Below, one piece after another: positions 28,700 to 37,965 of a stretch of DNA of 55,905 bases; positions within the stretch are counted from its first letter, which is position 1; every line of letters starts with the position of its first letter. The translations under genes and the position numbers were made by a program. Origin of the DNA: Actinomycetota bacterium (lineage in GTDB: Bacteria; Actinomycetota; Actinomycetes; S36-B12; UBA5976); the NCBI GenBank assembly GCA_009885745.1, contig VFKC01000017.1, forward strand, positions 1-55,905. The letters run 5' to 3'. The notes beneath the pieces were generated by a model. The model searched no databases and was not told the origin of the DNA. It worked only from the letters and a program-made list of their open reading frames with translations.

Positions 28700-29950
28700 G
28701 TGAGCGCAACAACTTCTCGGATTTACCTCGCCAGGCTGGCGGGGACTTCTGTGTTTGATCCTGCAGGCGATCAGGTCGGAAAAATCCGGGACATAGTTGT
28801 AAATTCAAGAATTAATATCAAGGCCCCCACCGTTTTAGGTTTAGTTGTTGAAGTAGCGCCTAGGCGTCGTATCTTCGTCCCGATGTCGCGGGTAACCGCG
28901 ATTGACCCAGGCACTGTTGTTACCAGCGGAGTAGTGAACCTGCGCCGATTTGAGCGTCGAGCTGAAGAGACTTTAGTTATTGCCGAACTTCTTGACCGTA
29001 AAGTTACTCTGAATTCCTCTGGAAATAGCGTCACCATTCAAGACATCGCAATGAGCCAAGATCGCACTCGCGAATGGGTTATTTCCAGAATCTTTATTCG
29101 CGAGCATGGTGCAGGTTTTGGTCGCCGAGGTGCCACTTCTACCGTCGAGTGGAATGCAGTCACAGGCTTATTCCTTGAATCTGAACAGCAACCAGTTGAT
29201 TCTTTGTTGGCTTCGGTGGAACAAATGCGTCCTGCTGACCTCGCGAATCTCTTACAAGAATTGCCTCAAAAGCGCCGGCTAGAACTCATTAGTGGGTTGG
29301 ATCTAGAAAAACTTGCAGATGTTTTTGAAGAACTTCCCGAGGATGATCGAGTTGAAATCATGACTGCCATGGGGATGGATCGCGCACGTGAGGTTCTTGA
29401 AGAAATGGATCCTGATGATGCGGCCGACTTGCTCAGCGAACTGCCTCCTGAACAAGCCCAAGAATATCTCGATGGCATGGAACCTGAAGAAGCCGATGAC
29501 CTTCGTCGACTACTGGCATATGACGATTTCTCAGCCGGTGGCATGATGACCACAGAGCCAGTAATTCTGGCTCCGGATGCCACTGTCGCTGAGGCTTTAG
29601 CCCATTTGCGTGTTGCAGAGTTGTCTCCAGCCTTAGCCTCACAGGCTTACGTTGTGCGCCCTCCTACCGAAACCCCAACTGGGCGCTATATAGGTGTGGC
29701 ACATGTACAGCGTTTGCTTAGAGAGCCGCCTTCAGCTCTTGTCTCAGGCATCTTGGATACGTCGCTCGAGCCAATCGGACCTGGCGCACCTCTCGGTCAG
29801 GTTGCTCGATATTTTGCAACCTACAACTTGGTGGCTTTACCTGTTGTAGACGAGAATGATCATTTGATTGGTGCAGTCACAATTGACGATGTTATTGACC
29901 ACATGTTGCCGGAAAATTGGCGAGAAAACGAGATAGATGAGGAGGGCTGA
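28700..29950 (+). CDS. PRC-barrel/MgtE N-terminal/CBS domain protein (Rv1232c-like)
   Basis: DPAGDQVGKIRD, acidic MgtE-N helices (MDPDDAADLL), AGGMMT, CBS pair; no TM domain. Confidence 0.9.
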   Translation: MSATTSRIYLARLAGTSVFDPAGDQVGKIRDIVVNSRINIKAPTVLGLVVEVAPRRRIFVPMSRVTAIDPGTVVTSGVVNLRRFERRAEETLVIAELLDRKVTLNSSGNSVTIQDIAMSQDRTREWVISRIFIREHGAGFGRRGATSTVEWNAVTGLFLESEQQPVDSLLASVEQMRPADLANLLQELPQKRRLELISGLDLEKLADVFEELPEDDRVEIMTAMGMDRAREVLEEMDPDDAADLLSELPPEQAQEYLDGMEPEEADDLRRLLAYDDFSAGGMMTTEPVILAPDATVAEALAHLRVAELSPALASQAYVVRPPTETPTGRYIGVAHVQRLLREPPSALVSGILDTSLEPIGPGAPLGQVARYFATYNLVALPVVDENDHLIGAVTIDDVIDHMLPENWRENEIDEEG

Positions 29951-29952
29951 TT

Positions 29953-30477
29953 ATGGCACGCAAGACTTCACGTGGACCACGCTTGGATCAGCCGCTAGAG
30001 CGTAGTCGTTCACTTCGTCCTTCAGTTGATTCCGAAACAGCTGGTCGCGTTAGCGAACGAGTTGCCCGGTTCTTAGGCTCTTGGCGTTTTTTGGGTTATA
30101 TGACTCTTGCAATCGCTGTTTGGGTACTTTGGAATATTTTCGCTCCAGAGAATCTGACCGTGGATGGTTACCCATTCCTGTTTTTAACTTTAGTTTTATC
30201 GTTGCAGGCTTCATATGCAGCCCCGCTAATTTTGTTGGCGCAAAATCGACAAGCCGATCGAGATCGGGTGCAGTTTAAGGAAGATCGCGATCAGACCGAA
30301 CGCTTACTGGCCGATGCTGATTATTTAACTCGTGAAATTGCATCCTTGCGATTAGCGCTAGGTGAAATGGCCACTCGAGATTACTTGCGCGGAGAAATTC
30401 GTGACTTACTCGAAGAATTTGCTGAACTACTTAAGACCTCAAAATCACAAGATTCTTCGTCAGAAGAAAATGCCTAA
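29953..30477 (+). CDS. DUF1003 membrane protein
   Basis: DGYPFLFLTLVLSLQASYAAPLILLAQNRQ. Confidence 0.9.
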   Translation: MARKTSRGPRLDQPLERSRSLRPSVDSETAGRVSERVARFLGSWRFLGYMTLAIAVWVLWNIFAPENLTVDGYPFLFLTLVLSLQASYAAPLILLAQNRQADRDRVQFKEDRDQTERLLADADYLTREIASLRLALGEMATRDYLRGEIRDLLEEFAELLKTSKSQDSSSEENA

Positions 30478-30499
30478 ACTTAATCCCTTTGGAGAACGC

Positions 30500-31627
30500 G
30501 TGAGTTTGTCCCGTACCGCAATTGATGCTGCCCTATCAACAGTTATTGACCCAGAAATCCGCAAACCTATTACCGAAGTTGGTATGGTCAAAGGCGTTGA
30601 AGTCTCAGCCAAAGGTGTTGTCACTGTTGGGGTATTCCTAACAATTTCTGCCTGTCCGATGCAGGACACAATCGTGCAGAGCGTTAAGGATGCAGTTTCC
30701 AAGGTCGAAGGTGTGACTGGCGTTGAAGTTGATCTCGATGTCATGAGTGACGAACAACGAGCGGCCCTTCGTGAACAATTACAAGGACCCACTAAAGAGA
30801 TTCGTTTCAACCGACCTGAATCACTAACACGCATCTATGCCATCGCTTCTGGTAAAGGTGGCGTTGGAAAGTCGTCGATTACAACAAACCTCGCCGTTGC
30901 TATGGCCGCGCAAGGTCTATCCGTGGGCATTGTTGATGCAGATATTTATGGCCACTCAATCCCAGACATGATGGGAATTACCGCTTCGCCATTGCGCGTG
31001 GACAGCATGATCATGCCCCCAGAACGCTTTGGTGTGCGCGTGATGTCGATGCTTCCCCTTAAGCGTGAGGGACGTCATGAGCCACTGGCTATGCGTGGGC
31101 CAATGCTTCATAAATATCTTGAATCATTTCTGGCCGAGGTTTGGTGGGGTGACCTAGATGTGCTGCTTTTGGATCTTCCGCCAGGCACTGGTGACATTGC
31201 AATCAGTACCGCACGTCTGTTACCCGCCAGTGAATTGATTATCGTTACGACACCTCAACCAGCAGCTGCTGATGTTGCTATTCGTGCTGGCATGTTGGCG
31301 CCGCAGCTAGAGCAGCGTGTGAGTGGCGTTATCGAAAACATGTCGGCGTTTGCCTGCCCTCATTGCGATGAGCCGATTGACATGTTTGGCGCTGGTGGTG
31401 GTCGGATGGTTTCCGAGGTACTAACTGACAAACTCGGCGTAGATGTGCCGCTGTTAGGCAAAATCGCCTTTGATCCAAACCTGCGCGTTGGTGGAGATGC
31501 CGGTGAACCTTTGGTACTTAGCCAGCCAGACGCGCCTGCTGCAATAGCGCTTAAAGAGATTGCTCTTGAACTAACCACTCGCAGTCGTGGACTTATCGGC
31601 AAGAACTTAGGCGTTCAGCCTAAGTAA
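30500..31627 (+). CDS. mrp: Mrp/NBP35 Fe-S cluster carrier ATPase
   Basis: N-terminal VIDPE..CPM domain, SGKGGVGKS, DADIYG, DLPPGTGD, ENMS..CPHC; GTG 30500 after GGAG. Confidence 0.92.
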   Translation: MSLSRTAIDAALSTVIDPEIRKPITEVGMVKGVEVSAKGVVTVGVFLTISACPMQDTIVQSVKDAVSKVEGVTGVEVDLDVMSDEQRAALREQLQGPTKEIRFNRPESLTRIYAIASGKGGVGKSSITTNLAVAMAAQGLSVGIVDADIYGHSIPDMMGITASPLRVDSMIMPPERFGVRVMSMLPLKREGRHEPLAMRGPMLHKYLESFLAEVWWGDLDVLLLDLPPGTGDIAISTARLLPASELIIVTTPQPAAADVAIRAGMLAPQLEQRVSGVIENMSAFACPHCDEPIDMFGAGGGRMVSEVLTDKLGVDVPLLGKIAFDPNLRVGGDAGEPLVLSQPDAPAAIALKEIALELTTRSRGLIGKNLGVQPK

Positions 31628-32822
31628 GAGTCTGACTCACAACTGGAGTTCGGGTGAAACTGAAAAACCGGTTTCCAAATGTTTCAAGCCATCGTCTCAG
31701 TCGCGGTTCTAGGAACTGCAGGGACACTATCGAGATCAAAATGGTGCAACTAAGGATTAGTAAATACCGAGGCACAAAATGAGTACTGGTCGCCTGGCCA
31801 AGAATTGGGATGTTCTGGCTGGCGCCATAATAAATTTCTAGAACTACTCGATGCCAGATGAAAACTGGGAATGACAATTTTCCAGCCCATAAAAACCATG
31901 AACGCATTTGCATAGTTAGTTTCGCATCCGGTTGACTAGCTAAAGCCACAAGCAATGGGGCCAGACATATTGGTGATACAAAAGCGGCAGCTGCAAGTGA
32001 GTAGCGATCGATAACCATGAAGACAACTAAAGCCACTACGGACAAGATCCAGATGTAAGTCGTGGATTGATAACTCTTGTTGTTGAGATGATTGCGAATG
32101 ATCAAACCGCCATTGAACCCAATAAGCGCTCTACCTAGGGCGGAAATACCCCAAATCTCGCCATAGTAGTCAATGAATGCACGATCTAAAACAAAACCGA
32201 TTGCCAATAAGATAAATCCCACGCCAAACAAAATCCAGATATTACTTAAGCGTCCGACTCTTGAGGTGAATGCCGACACCACATTAGCCCACCAGATTGC
32301 CGACAAACTCCAAAGCGGCGCACACCAAAATATTGAAGCCTCAACTGCAATTTGAAGCATGAGTGCAGCGCTCAACCACGACAGCCAACCATTTTCAGAA
32401 ATTAACCAAGTTGAAATATTCTGCGCAGAACATTCAAATGCAGTCGATACGCCATCCGTTGTACCTAAACAAAGTGACTGGGAGATTTTGACGAGTAAGG
32501 CAGCAACAACCACGATGAACATAAGAGGCCAAAGGCGAATAAATCTTTTCCATAAGAAAAGCGCAGGCGATAACTGTCCGGCTGAAATTTTGGCGATCTG
32601 ATCGAATAAGACAAAGCCACTAATGAGGAAAAAGAAATCAACAACAAGGTAGTGAATGTTGATGACATTGAAATCAGTAACGCTATTTCCCCCACGAACA
32701 TGCCAAGAGACAACAATTAGCGCTGCGATTCCGCGAGCAAGGTCAATATAAGGATTACGCTTTTTAGCCGTTTCAAATATTTGAGACTGGTTCTTTGAAT
32801 TTAATAACTTGTTTTTCTTCAT
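31620..32822 (-). CDS. Acyltransferase family 3 (OafA-like membrane O-acyltransferase)
   Basis: IDLARGIAALIVVSWH, VDFFFLISGF, KRFIRLWP, LWSLS, GKLSFPVFIWH, EPR; multiple TM helices; start uncertain (32822 or 32888). Confidence 0.82.
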   Translation of the reverse strand: MKKNKLLNSKNQSQIFETAKKRNPYIDLARGIAALIVVSWHVRGGNSVTDFNVINIHYLVVDFFFLISGFVLFDQIAKISAGQLSPALFLWKRFIRLWPLMFIVVVAALLVKISQSLCLGTTDGVSTAFECSAQNISTWLISENGWLSWLSAALMLQIAVEASIFWCAPLWSLSAIWWANVVSAFTSRVGRLSNIWILFGVGFILLAIGFVLDRAFIDYYGEIWGISALGRALIGFNGGLIIRNHLNNKSYQSTTYIWILSVVALVVFMVIDRYSLAAAAFVSPICLAPLLVALASQPDAKLTMQMRSWFLWAGKLSFPVFIWHRVVLEIYYGASQNIPILGQATSTHFVPRYLLILSCTILISIVSLQFLEPRLRRWLETFGNRFFSFTRTPVVSQTLT

Positions 32823-32990
32823 TTTTTTTAAATTATCAGCGAAAACACGCACCACTGAACCAAAAGTGCGAACTGTGTCATATCTCATAAGAACTGAGTT
32901 TCAACAACAACTCTCTGTGCTTAAGACCCCTATACAAAACAGTGCGAGCTTACTGATTCCATCCGTCCTAAATGAGTAGGCTCTAAGTTA

Positions 32991-33770
32991 ATGAAACTTT
33001 TCCTTGCTTTGGCGCGCGCGTCACATTTTGGGCCTACCGTACTTGTGTCAGCCGTGGCTGGGGCATTCACGGCCAAGGCGTGGCAACTAAATCTTGCTTT
33101 GCCAATTGCGCTGATCGTGTTCGTTGGTCAACTATGCATTGGCTGGAGCAACGATGCGATCGATGCAGATAGCGACATCTTGCAAGATAGAAAAGAAAAG
33201 CCTGTAGTTGCTCAAGCCATAACAGCCTCAACCCTGACTCGACTTTCAATATTAGCCGCAATAGTTAGCTTGCCAATTAATCTTCTTGGTCCACTTGGCC
33301 TTAAAGCTGGCGCGTTGCACCTATTAGCAATTGGTTCTGGAGTCTCCTACAACTTCTTTTTTAAGAACAATATGTTCTCACCGTTACCCTTTGCTCTTTC
33401 ATTCGGGTTACTGCCGACTTTTATTCTTGTTGGCGCGCAAATTAAACCTCCAGTTTGGGTTTTTCTCTGGGCTGCCTTGCTCGGGATTACCGCACATTTC
33501 GCCAATTGCCTCAAGGACATTGATTCTGACGTAGAGGTTGGCATTAACGGTCTACCTCAACGACTCGGCAAGAAGACCAGTCGTTTCATCACGATAGCCG
33601 GCTTGTTACTGTCAGGAATTGTGGTGTTAGCGCCGGCGGGCTTGATGTTATTGGCGTTAGCCAATTTACCTTTTGCCCTAATTCTTTTGCGGGTGAATTT
33701 AGCGAAGTTTTTTCCCGCACTGATGCTGATTGCATTGGTAAATATTTTCGGTACCATCTACTTTTTTTAA
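32991..33770 (+). CDS. UbiA family prenyltransferase
   Basis: NDAIDADSD..DRKEKP and N.LKDIDSD Asp-rich motifs, TM helices. Confidence 0.85.
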   Translation: MKLFLALARASHFGPTVLVSAVAGAFTAKAWQLNLALPIALIVFVGQLCIGWSNDAIDADSDILQDRKEKPVVAQAITASTLTRLSILAAIVSLPINLLGPLGLKAGALHLLAIGSGVSYNFFFKNNMFSPLPFALSFGLLPTFILVGAQIKPPVWVFLWAALLGITAHFANCLKDIDSDVEVGINGLPQRLGKKTSRFITIAGLLLSGIVVLAPAGLMLLALANLPFALILLRVNLAKFFPALMLIALVNIFGTIYFF

Positions 33771-33789
33771 AAAACTTAAAACTCTTTAA

Positions 33790-34146
33790 CTAGGTAGCAT
33801 CTGGATCAAAAGTTGCTGGTTCACCATCAATGCGAACAGAGTTTGCCGATTTTTGCCCAACATTGCCATCCATTCCACCATCTTGTTTTTTGGAATTGAG
33901 CATTCCACTGAGGCCATTAGCCATCATTCCCGCAGGTGTTGCCGAACGCACTTTTCCGGCGATGTCAGACAAATCTGGCAAATCCAATGACTCAGTTAAT
34001 TCAGCTGTTGCCTCATTGGCTTTGATCCGCAATGCCTTGATAGCGCGGGCAGTCTTTGTCGCAATTTCAGGCAGTCGATCTGGACCAAATACGATTAGCG
34101 CCAAAATTCCCAGCACCAAGAATTCAGGTAGACCTATGTCAAACAT
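33790..34146 (-). CDS. tatB: Sec-independent translocase TatB
   Basis: MFDIGLPEFLVLGILALIVFGPDRLP and C-terminal FDPDAT. Confidence 0.92.
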   Translation of the reverse strand: MFDIGLPEFLVLGILALIVFGPDRLPEIATKTARAIKALRIKANEATAELTESLDLPDLSDIAGKVRSATPAGMMANGLSGMLNSKKQDGGMDGNVGQKSANSVRIDGEPATFDPDAT

Positions 34147-34180
34147 GAATCACCCTCGAATTCTTTAATAGAACAATTTT

Positions 34181-35506
34181 CTATTTCTTTGTTGTTTGAG
34201 AGCCTAAGACAATTGATACATCCGAGCCAACTTGTCTGCGTAAGGAAACACGATCTCCGGCGACTCGAGAGCGAATTCGCACAATCAATTCCTCGCCATT
34301 CTTAATTGGCTGCCCATCGATTGCCGTAACGATGTCTCCGACCTTTAGTGAACTCTTCGAGGCCGGGCCCCCAACGACTATCTCCTGAATCAAAGCGCCA
34401 ACTCCTTGATATGAGACGTCTAGTAGTACCCCAATAACAGGGTGCGTGGATGTTCCAGTGGCCATCAATTCCGTAGCGACACGTTTGGCCTGGTTGATAG
34501 GTATTGCAAAACCCAGTCCGATACTTCCAGTCGGACCACCAAGTGATGACGAACCCAAAGTGGCAATTGCAGAATTAATTCCCACCACTTGACCACGAGA
34601 GTTAATTAGCGGTCCACCTGAATTACCTGGATTAATTGCAGCATCCGTTTGAATTGCATTAATGAATGAAGCCTCAGATTCACCACCTGCTGAAACTGGA
34701 CGATTCAGAGCCGAGATGATTCCACTAGTTACAGTTCCGCTCAGACCAAGAGGTGAACCGATCGCGATTGATAGGTCGCCAACAACTACATCATCTGAGT
34801 TGCCAAGTCTTGACACCGGCAACTTTCCTTTTGCCACTCGCAAGACCGCTAAGTCATACGAAGGATCAGTGCCAACTATGGTGGCGTTCACTTGCGATTG
34901 ATCAGCGAGAGTGACTGTGATTCTTGATCCCGACCCAGCCCCAGTTGCCACATGGTTATTAGTCAGAATAAATGACTCATTAGCTGAACTTCGAATGATG
35001 AATCCTGAACCGCTGCCTTGCCTCGTGCTCGAAGACACTTCAATAGAAACCACGGTAGGTAAGACGGCTTTGGCCAGCCCAGCGATTGAATTAGCAGCTC
35101 TTGGTGAAGTATCACCTGGACTTGTGGGCAAGGTAATGCCGGCGCGCGGTGTCCAGGCGTTATAGGAAGCTAAGGAATAACCGCCGACGCCGGCAAGTAA
35201 GCCACTGACCACGCCAGCGATCACGGCATTGCGCAGACCCTTAGACACTGCTGAGGGTGACTGTGGAGTGGGTGATTGCGCTTGTGGCTGCTGGTATACC
35301 CAAGTGGCCACGTAAGGGAGTTCATTTTCTGGTGCAGCCTGCGGCGCAGCAGGGGTCTGCGGGGTAAATCCAGAAGTTTCAACTGTCACGAAATTTGGGA
35401 TTTCGCCATGTATGGGCGGGGCGTCTGGCAGTGATGGCGTTGGATTTAGGTCAGAAACTGGCTCAGTATTTGCAGTAACAGGCGTTTCCTCAGGCGTGCC
35501 GCTCAT
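34181..35506 (-). CDS. htrA: Membrane-anchored HtrA serine protease with PDZ domain
   Basis: TNNHV, DLAVL, INPGNSGGPL triad; Pro-rich N-terminus, one TM, C-terminal PDZ; upstream of tatB. Confidence 0.92.
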   Translation of the reverse strand: MSGTPEETPVTANTEPVSDLNPTPSLPDAPPIHGEIPNFVTVETSGFTPQTPAAPQAAPENELPYVATWVYQQPQAQSPTPQSPSAVSKGLRNAVIAGVVSGLLAGVGGYSLASYNAWTPRAGITLPTSPGDTSPRAANSIAGLAKAVLPTVVSIEVSSSTRQGSGSGFIIRSSANESFILTNNHVATGAGSGSRITVTLADQSQVNATIVGTDPSYDLAVLRVAKGKLPVSRLGNSDDVVVGDLSIAIGSPLGLSGTVTSGIISALNRPVSAGGESEASFINAIQTDAAINPGNSGGPLINSRGQVVGINSAIATLGSSSLGGPTGSIGLGFAIPINQAKRVATELMATGTSTHPVIGVLLDVSYQGVGALIQEIVVGGPASKSSLKVGDIVTAIDGQPIKNGEELIVRIRSRVAGDRVSLRRQVGSDVSIVLGSQTTKK

Positions 35507-35629
35507 TTGTAATTTTCCTCGTTCTTTCCGATTTTCCTAATACTTCTATTGTCCCCTAGGTGAGACTCGAATGCCTCATAACGGGACCATTCTTAACCTA
35601 ATACGAACATGAGCCGTACGCTTACCTAT

Positions 35630-36292
35630 ATGGCAATGACTGACCCCCGCGTCCTAGCAATCCACCGAGCATCCTGCGACTACACCGAGTCGTGGTCTGG
35701 CGAGGATGGCATCCGAACCCACGCACGCACGCGTGCTGGCGAAATTGGTTGCGTAGCAATCAGTCCCGGAGCAGGAACGGTCCTGCGCACTTTGGCTAGT
35801 GCTATTGATGCACGTAATGTTGTGGAGATCGGAACTGGCGGCGGAGTCTCCTCGCTATGGCTTCTTGATGGCATGAACCCTGAGGGCGTTCTTACGAGCG
35901 TGGACAATGAGGCCGAGCATCAGTTGATTGCCAAGGAAGCAATCGCTCAAGCTGGTATCGCTACCAATCGCGTGCGCTTAATAAATGGCCGACCAGAAGA
36001 AGTTCTTGATCGTCTCACTCAGGGCGCTTATGACATGGTTCTAATTTCGACAAATCCAATTGATGTTGCCGGCCATGTTGAAGTTGCCCTAAATCTTCTT
36101 CGACCAAATGGTTTACTGGTCATTAATCAAGCTCTTTGGAATGACAAAGTCGCCGATCCTGCTGCGCGTGATGCTGAAACAATCGCAATGCGCGGAGTAG
36201 TTGAGTCAATCGCAAATCATGAACAGCTATCAGGCACACTATTGCCAGTTGGTGGCGGCATGTTAGTGGCCGTTAAAAAATCAGATGTCTGA
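35630..36292 (+). CDS. O-methyltransferase (Rv1220c-like)
   Basis: VVEIGTGGGVS SAM-binding motif, LRPNG, VADPAARD; start ATG 35630 (TACGCT-7nt-ATG) or 35609. Confidence 0.88.
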   Translation: MAMTDPRVLAIHRASCDYTESWSGEDGIRTHARTRAGEIGCVAISPGAGTVLRTLASAIDARNVVEIGTGGGVSSLWLLDGMNPEGVLTSVDNEAEHQLIAKEAIAQAGIATNRVRLINGRPEEVLDRLTQGAYDMVLISTNPIDVAGHVEVALNLLRPNGLLVINQALWNDKVADPAARDAETIAMRGVVESIANHEQLSGTLLPVGGGMLVAVKKSDV

Positions 36293-36343
36293 ACGGCTTT
36301 AAGATTTATGGACCGCACCTAAGAAAGTCTCGCTTCCTCGCGG

Positions 36344-36394
36344 GTTCTACTTCTTTGGCAGTTCTATTTCTTTGGCAGTTCTATTTCTTTGGCA
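36344..36394. repeat. 3 x 17-bp tandem repeat spanning the DUF3117 stop codon
   Basis: gttctacttctttggca / gttctatttctttggca / gttctatttctttggca. Confidence 0.9.
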
Positions 36395-36563
36395 TAGACG
36401 CGACAGTGTCCTTCAGGACCGCACCTAAATCTTTAACTTCTTGAGCGTTAAGTTCAACAACGAGACGGCCGCCGCCTTCTAATGGAACTCGCAAAACATA
36501 GCCACGGCCTTCTTTGGGACACTCCATTGGACCGTCGCCGGTCCGAGGCTTCATTGCCGCCAT
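36381..36563 (-). CDS. DUF3117 family protein (Rv1211-like)
   Basis: MAAMKPRTGDGPME..KEGRG..LRVPLEGGGRLVVEL. Confidence 0.93.
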   Translation of the reverse strand: MAAMKPRTGDGPMECPKEGRGYVLRVPLEGGGRLVVELNAQEVKDLGAVLKDTVASMPKK

Positions 36564-36666
36564 TTTGCAGTCCCCTATCGTGGTTAAAGTACCGTTCTAT
36601 TATCCCGCACAAATGCGACGAAACGAAATCAGGTAAGCCAAAAACTCCTAAAACCTGGCCTTTAGG

Positions 36667-37125
36667 CTAGATTTTGCCCTGTTCCACCAAATTGGCGAAC
36701 TTTGCCAGAGATTTGCGAACACCAGAGACAAATAGCGGCTTCATTAGCCAAAAACCAATTTTCCCAATAATGCCCATTGGGAGTTTAAGATCTTCACTCC
36801 AAATGAATCTGCTGGTTTGTGCGCTTAGTGCGTTCACGGCAAAGGTTCCAGTTCCCTTTACAACACGACCAGTATGTAAAACATCACAGCGGTGTGGTGG
36901 ATCCCACCTGGTAATTTCCATGGTGTCGAGAAAACCGATTTTCCAAATTCCGGTGAAAGCCTCGATCTGTCCGCCAATCTCTTTGCCATCCCCATGAACT
37001 GGCTTAACACGGGTCCCAAGCATCCACTTATCTTGCGCGGTCCAATTTGTGATGGCATCCCACACATGCTGCGTGGTTGTTTGGATGTCGACCGTTACTT
37101 CTACATGCTCTAATTTCAATGTCAT
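36667..37125 (-). CDS. SRPBCC (START/polyketide cyclase-like) family protein
   Basis: VWDAITNW..Q.KWMLGT, DTMEITRWDPP..C.V.HTG.VV.G.G.F; ATGA overlap with LOG gene. Confidence 0.82.
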   Translation of the reverse strand: MTLKLEHVEVTVDIQTTTQHVWDAITNWTAQDKWMLGTRVKPVHGDGKEIGGQIEAFTGIWKIGFLDTMEITRWDPPHRCDVLHTGRVVKGTGTFAVNALSAQTSRFIWSEDLKLPMGIIGKIGFWLMKPLFVSGVRKSLAKFANLVEQGKI

Positions 37126-37928
37126 TCAGCAATCTGTTCAGGTAATTCATCTGCGCTAGTTCGCAATTCTGTCCGTAAATCTACCGCGTGAGAACGCTTC
37201 GCGCTTGCCTCAAGAAGAATACCTACTGCTTCATCTATGTCATCTGTGACATGAAACATATCTAAATCATCAATTGAAATTTTTCCATCGAATGCGACCG
37301 TATTCCTCAACCACTCAACAAGCGGAGTCCAATAAGCCTTACCCATCAGCACCACTGGGAAAGATGTGACTTTTTTGGTTTGTACCAAAGTCAATGCTTC
37401 GAACAATTCATCCAAAGTCCCATAGCCGCCAGGAAATACCACAAATCCTTGCGCATACTTTATAAACATTGTTTTGCGCGCGAAGAAATAACGAAAATCA
37501 ATCGCTAACTCGACGTATTTATTTAATCCTTGCTCAAAGGGAAGTTCAATCCCAAGTCCAACTGAAAGTCCAGGCTCAGCAAAGCATCCTTTATTTGCCG
37601 CTTCCATAATTCCTGGTCCGCCACCAGTGATGATGTTGAACCCACTCGCAGATAAGCGTCGAGCTAGCTCCTCGGCTGTTGCATACATCGGGTCATCAGG
37701 TGAAGTTCTCGCGCTACCAAAAATACTAAAGGCCGGTCCAAGTTCGGCTAAGGCGCCAAATCCATTCACAAACTCCGATTGAATGCGCATGACACGCCAT
37801 GGGTCTTCATGTACCCATTCTGTGGCACCGCGCGAATCTAGCAGGCGCTGATCTGTTGTAGTTCTGACTCTGGCATGACCTCGACGGGTAATAGGTCCCT
37901 GACGTTGGACGCTTTCGTGTTCGCTCAT
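37122..37928 (-). CDS. LOG family (TIGR00730) nucleotide phosphoribohydrolase
   Basis: FGSAR, TGGGPGIMEAAN, FFARK, PGGYGTLDE. Confidence 0.92.
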   Translation of the reverse strand: MSEHESVQRQGPITRRGHARVRTTTDQRLLDSRGATEWVHEDPWRVMRIQSEFVNGFGALAELGPAFSIFGSARTSPDDPMYATAEELARRLSASGFNIITGGGPGIMEAANKGCFAEPGLSVGLGIELPFEQGLNKYVELAIDFRYFFARKTMFIKYAQGFVVFPGGYGTLDELFEALTLVQTKKVTSFPVVLMGKAYWTPLVEWLRNTVAFDGKISIDDLDMFHVTDDIDEAVGILLEASAKRSHAVDLRTELRTSADELPEQIAE

Positions 37929-37965
37929 GATTACACGCTAGCCCTTAGGCAAGTGCGATGTTGCA

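Noticed and set aside
32822-32829. A8 tract as a phase-variation switch for the acyltransferase
   Set aside because: Short, and it lies at or upstream of the likely start codon
36344-36394. CRISPR array
   Set aside because: Units are directly adjacent with no spacers, only 17 bp long, and there are no cas genes
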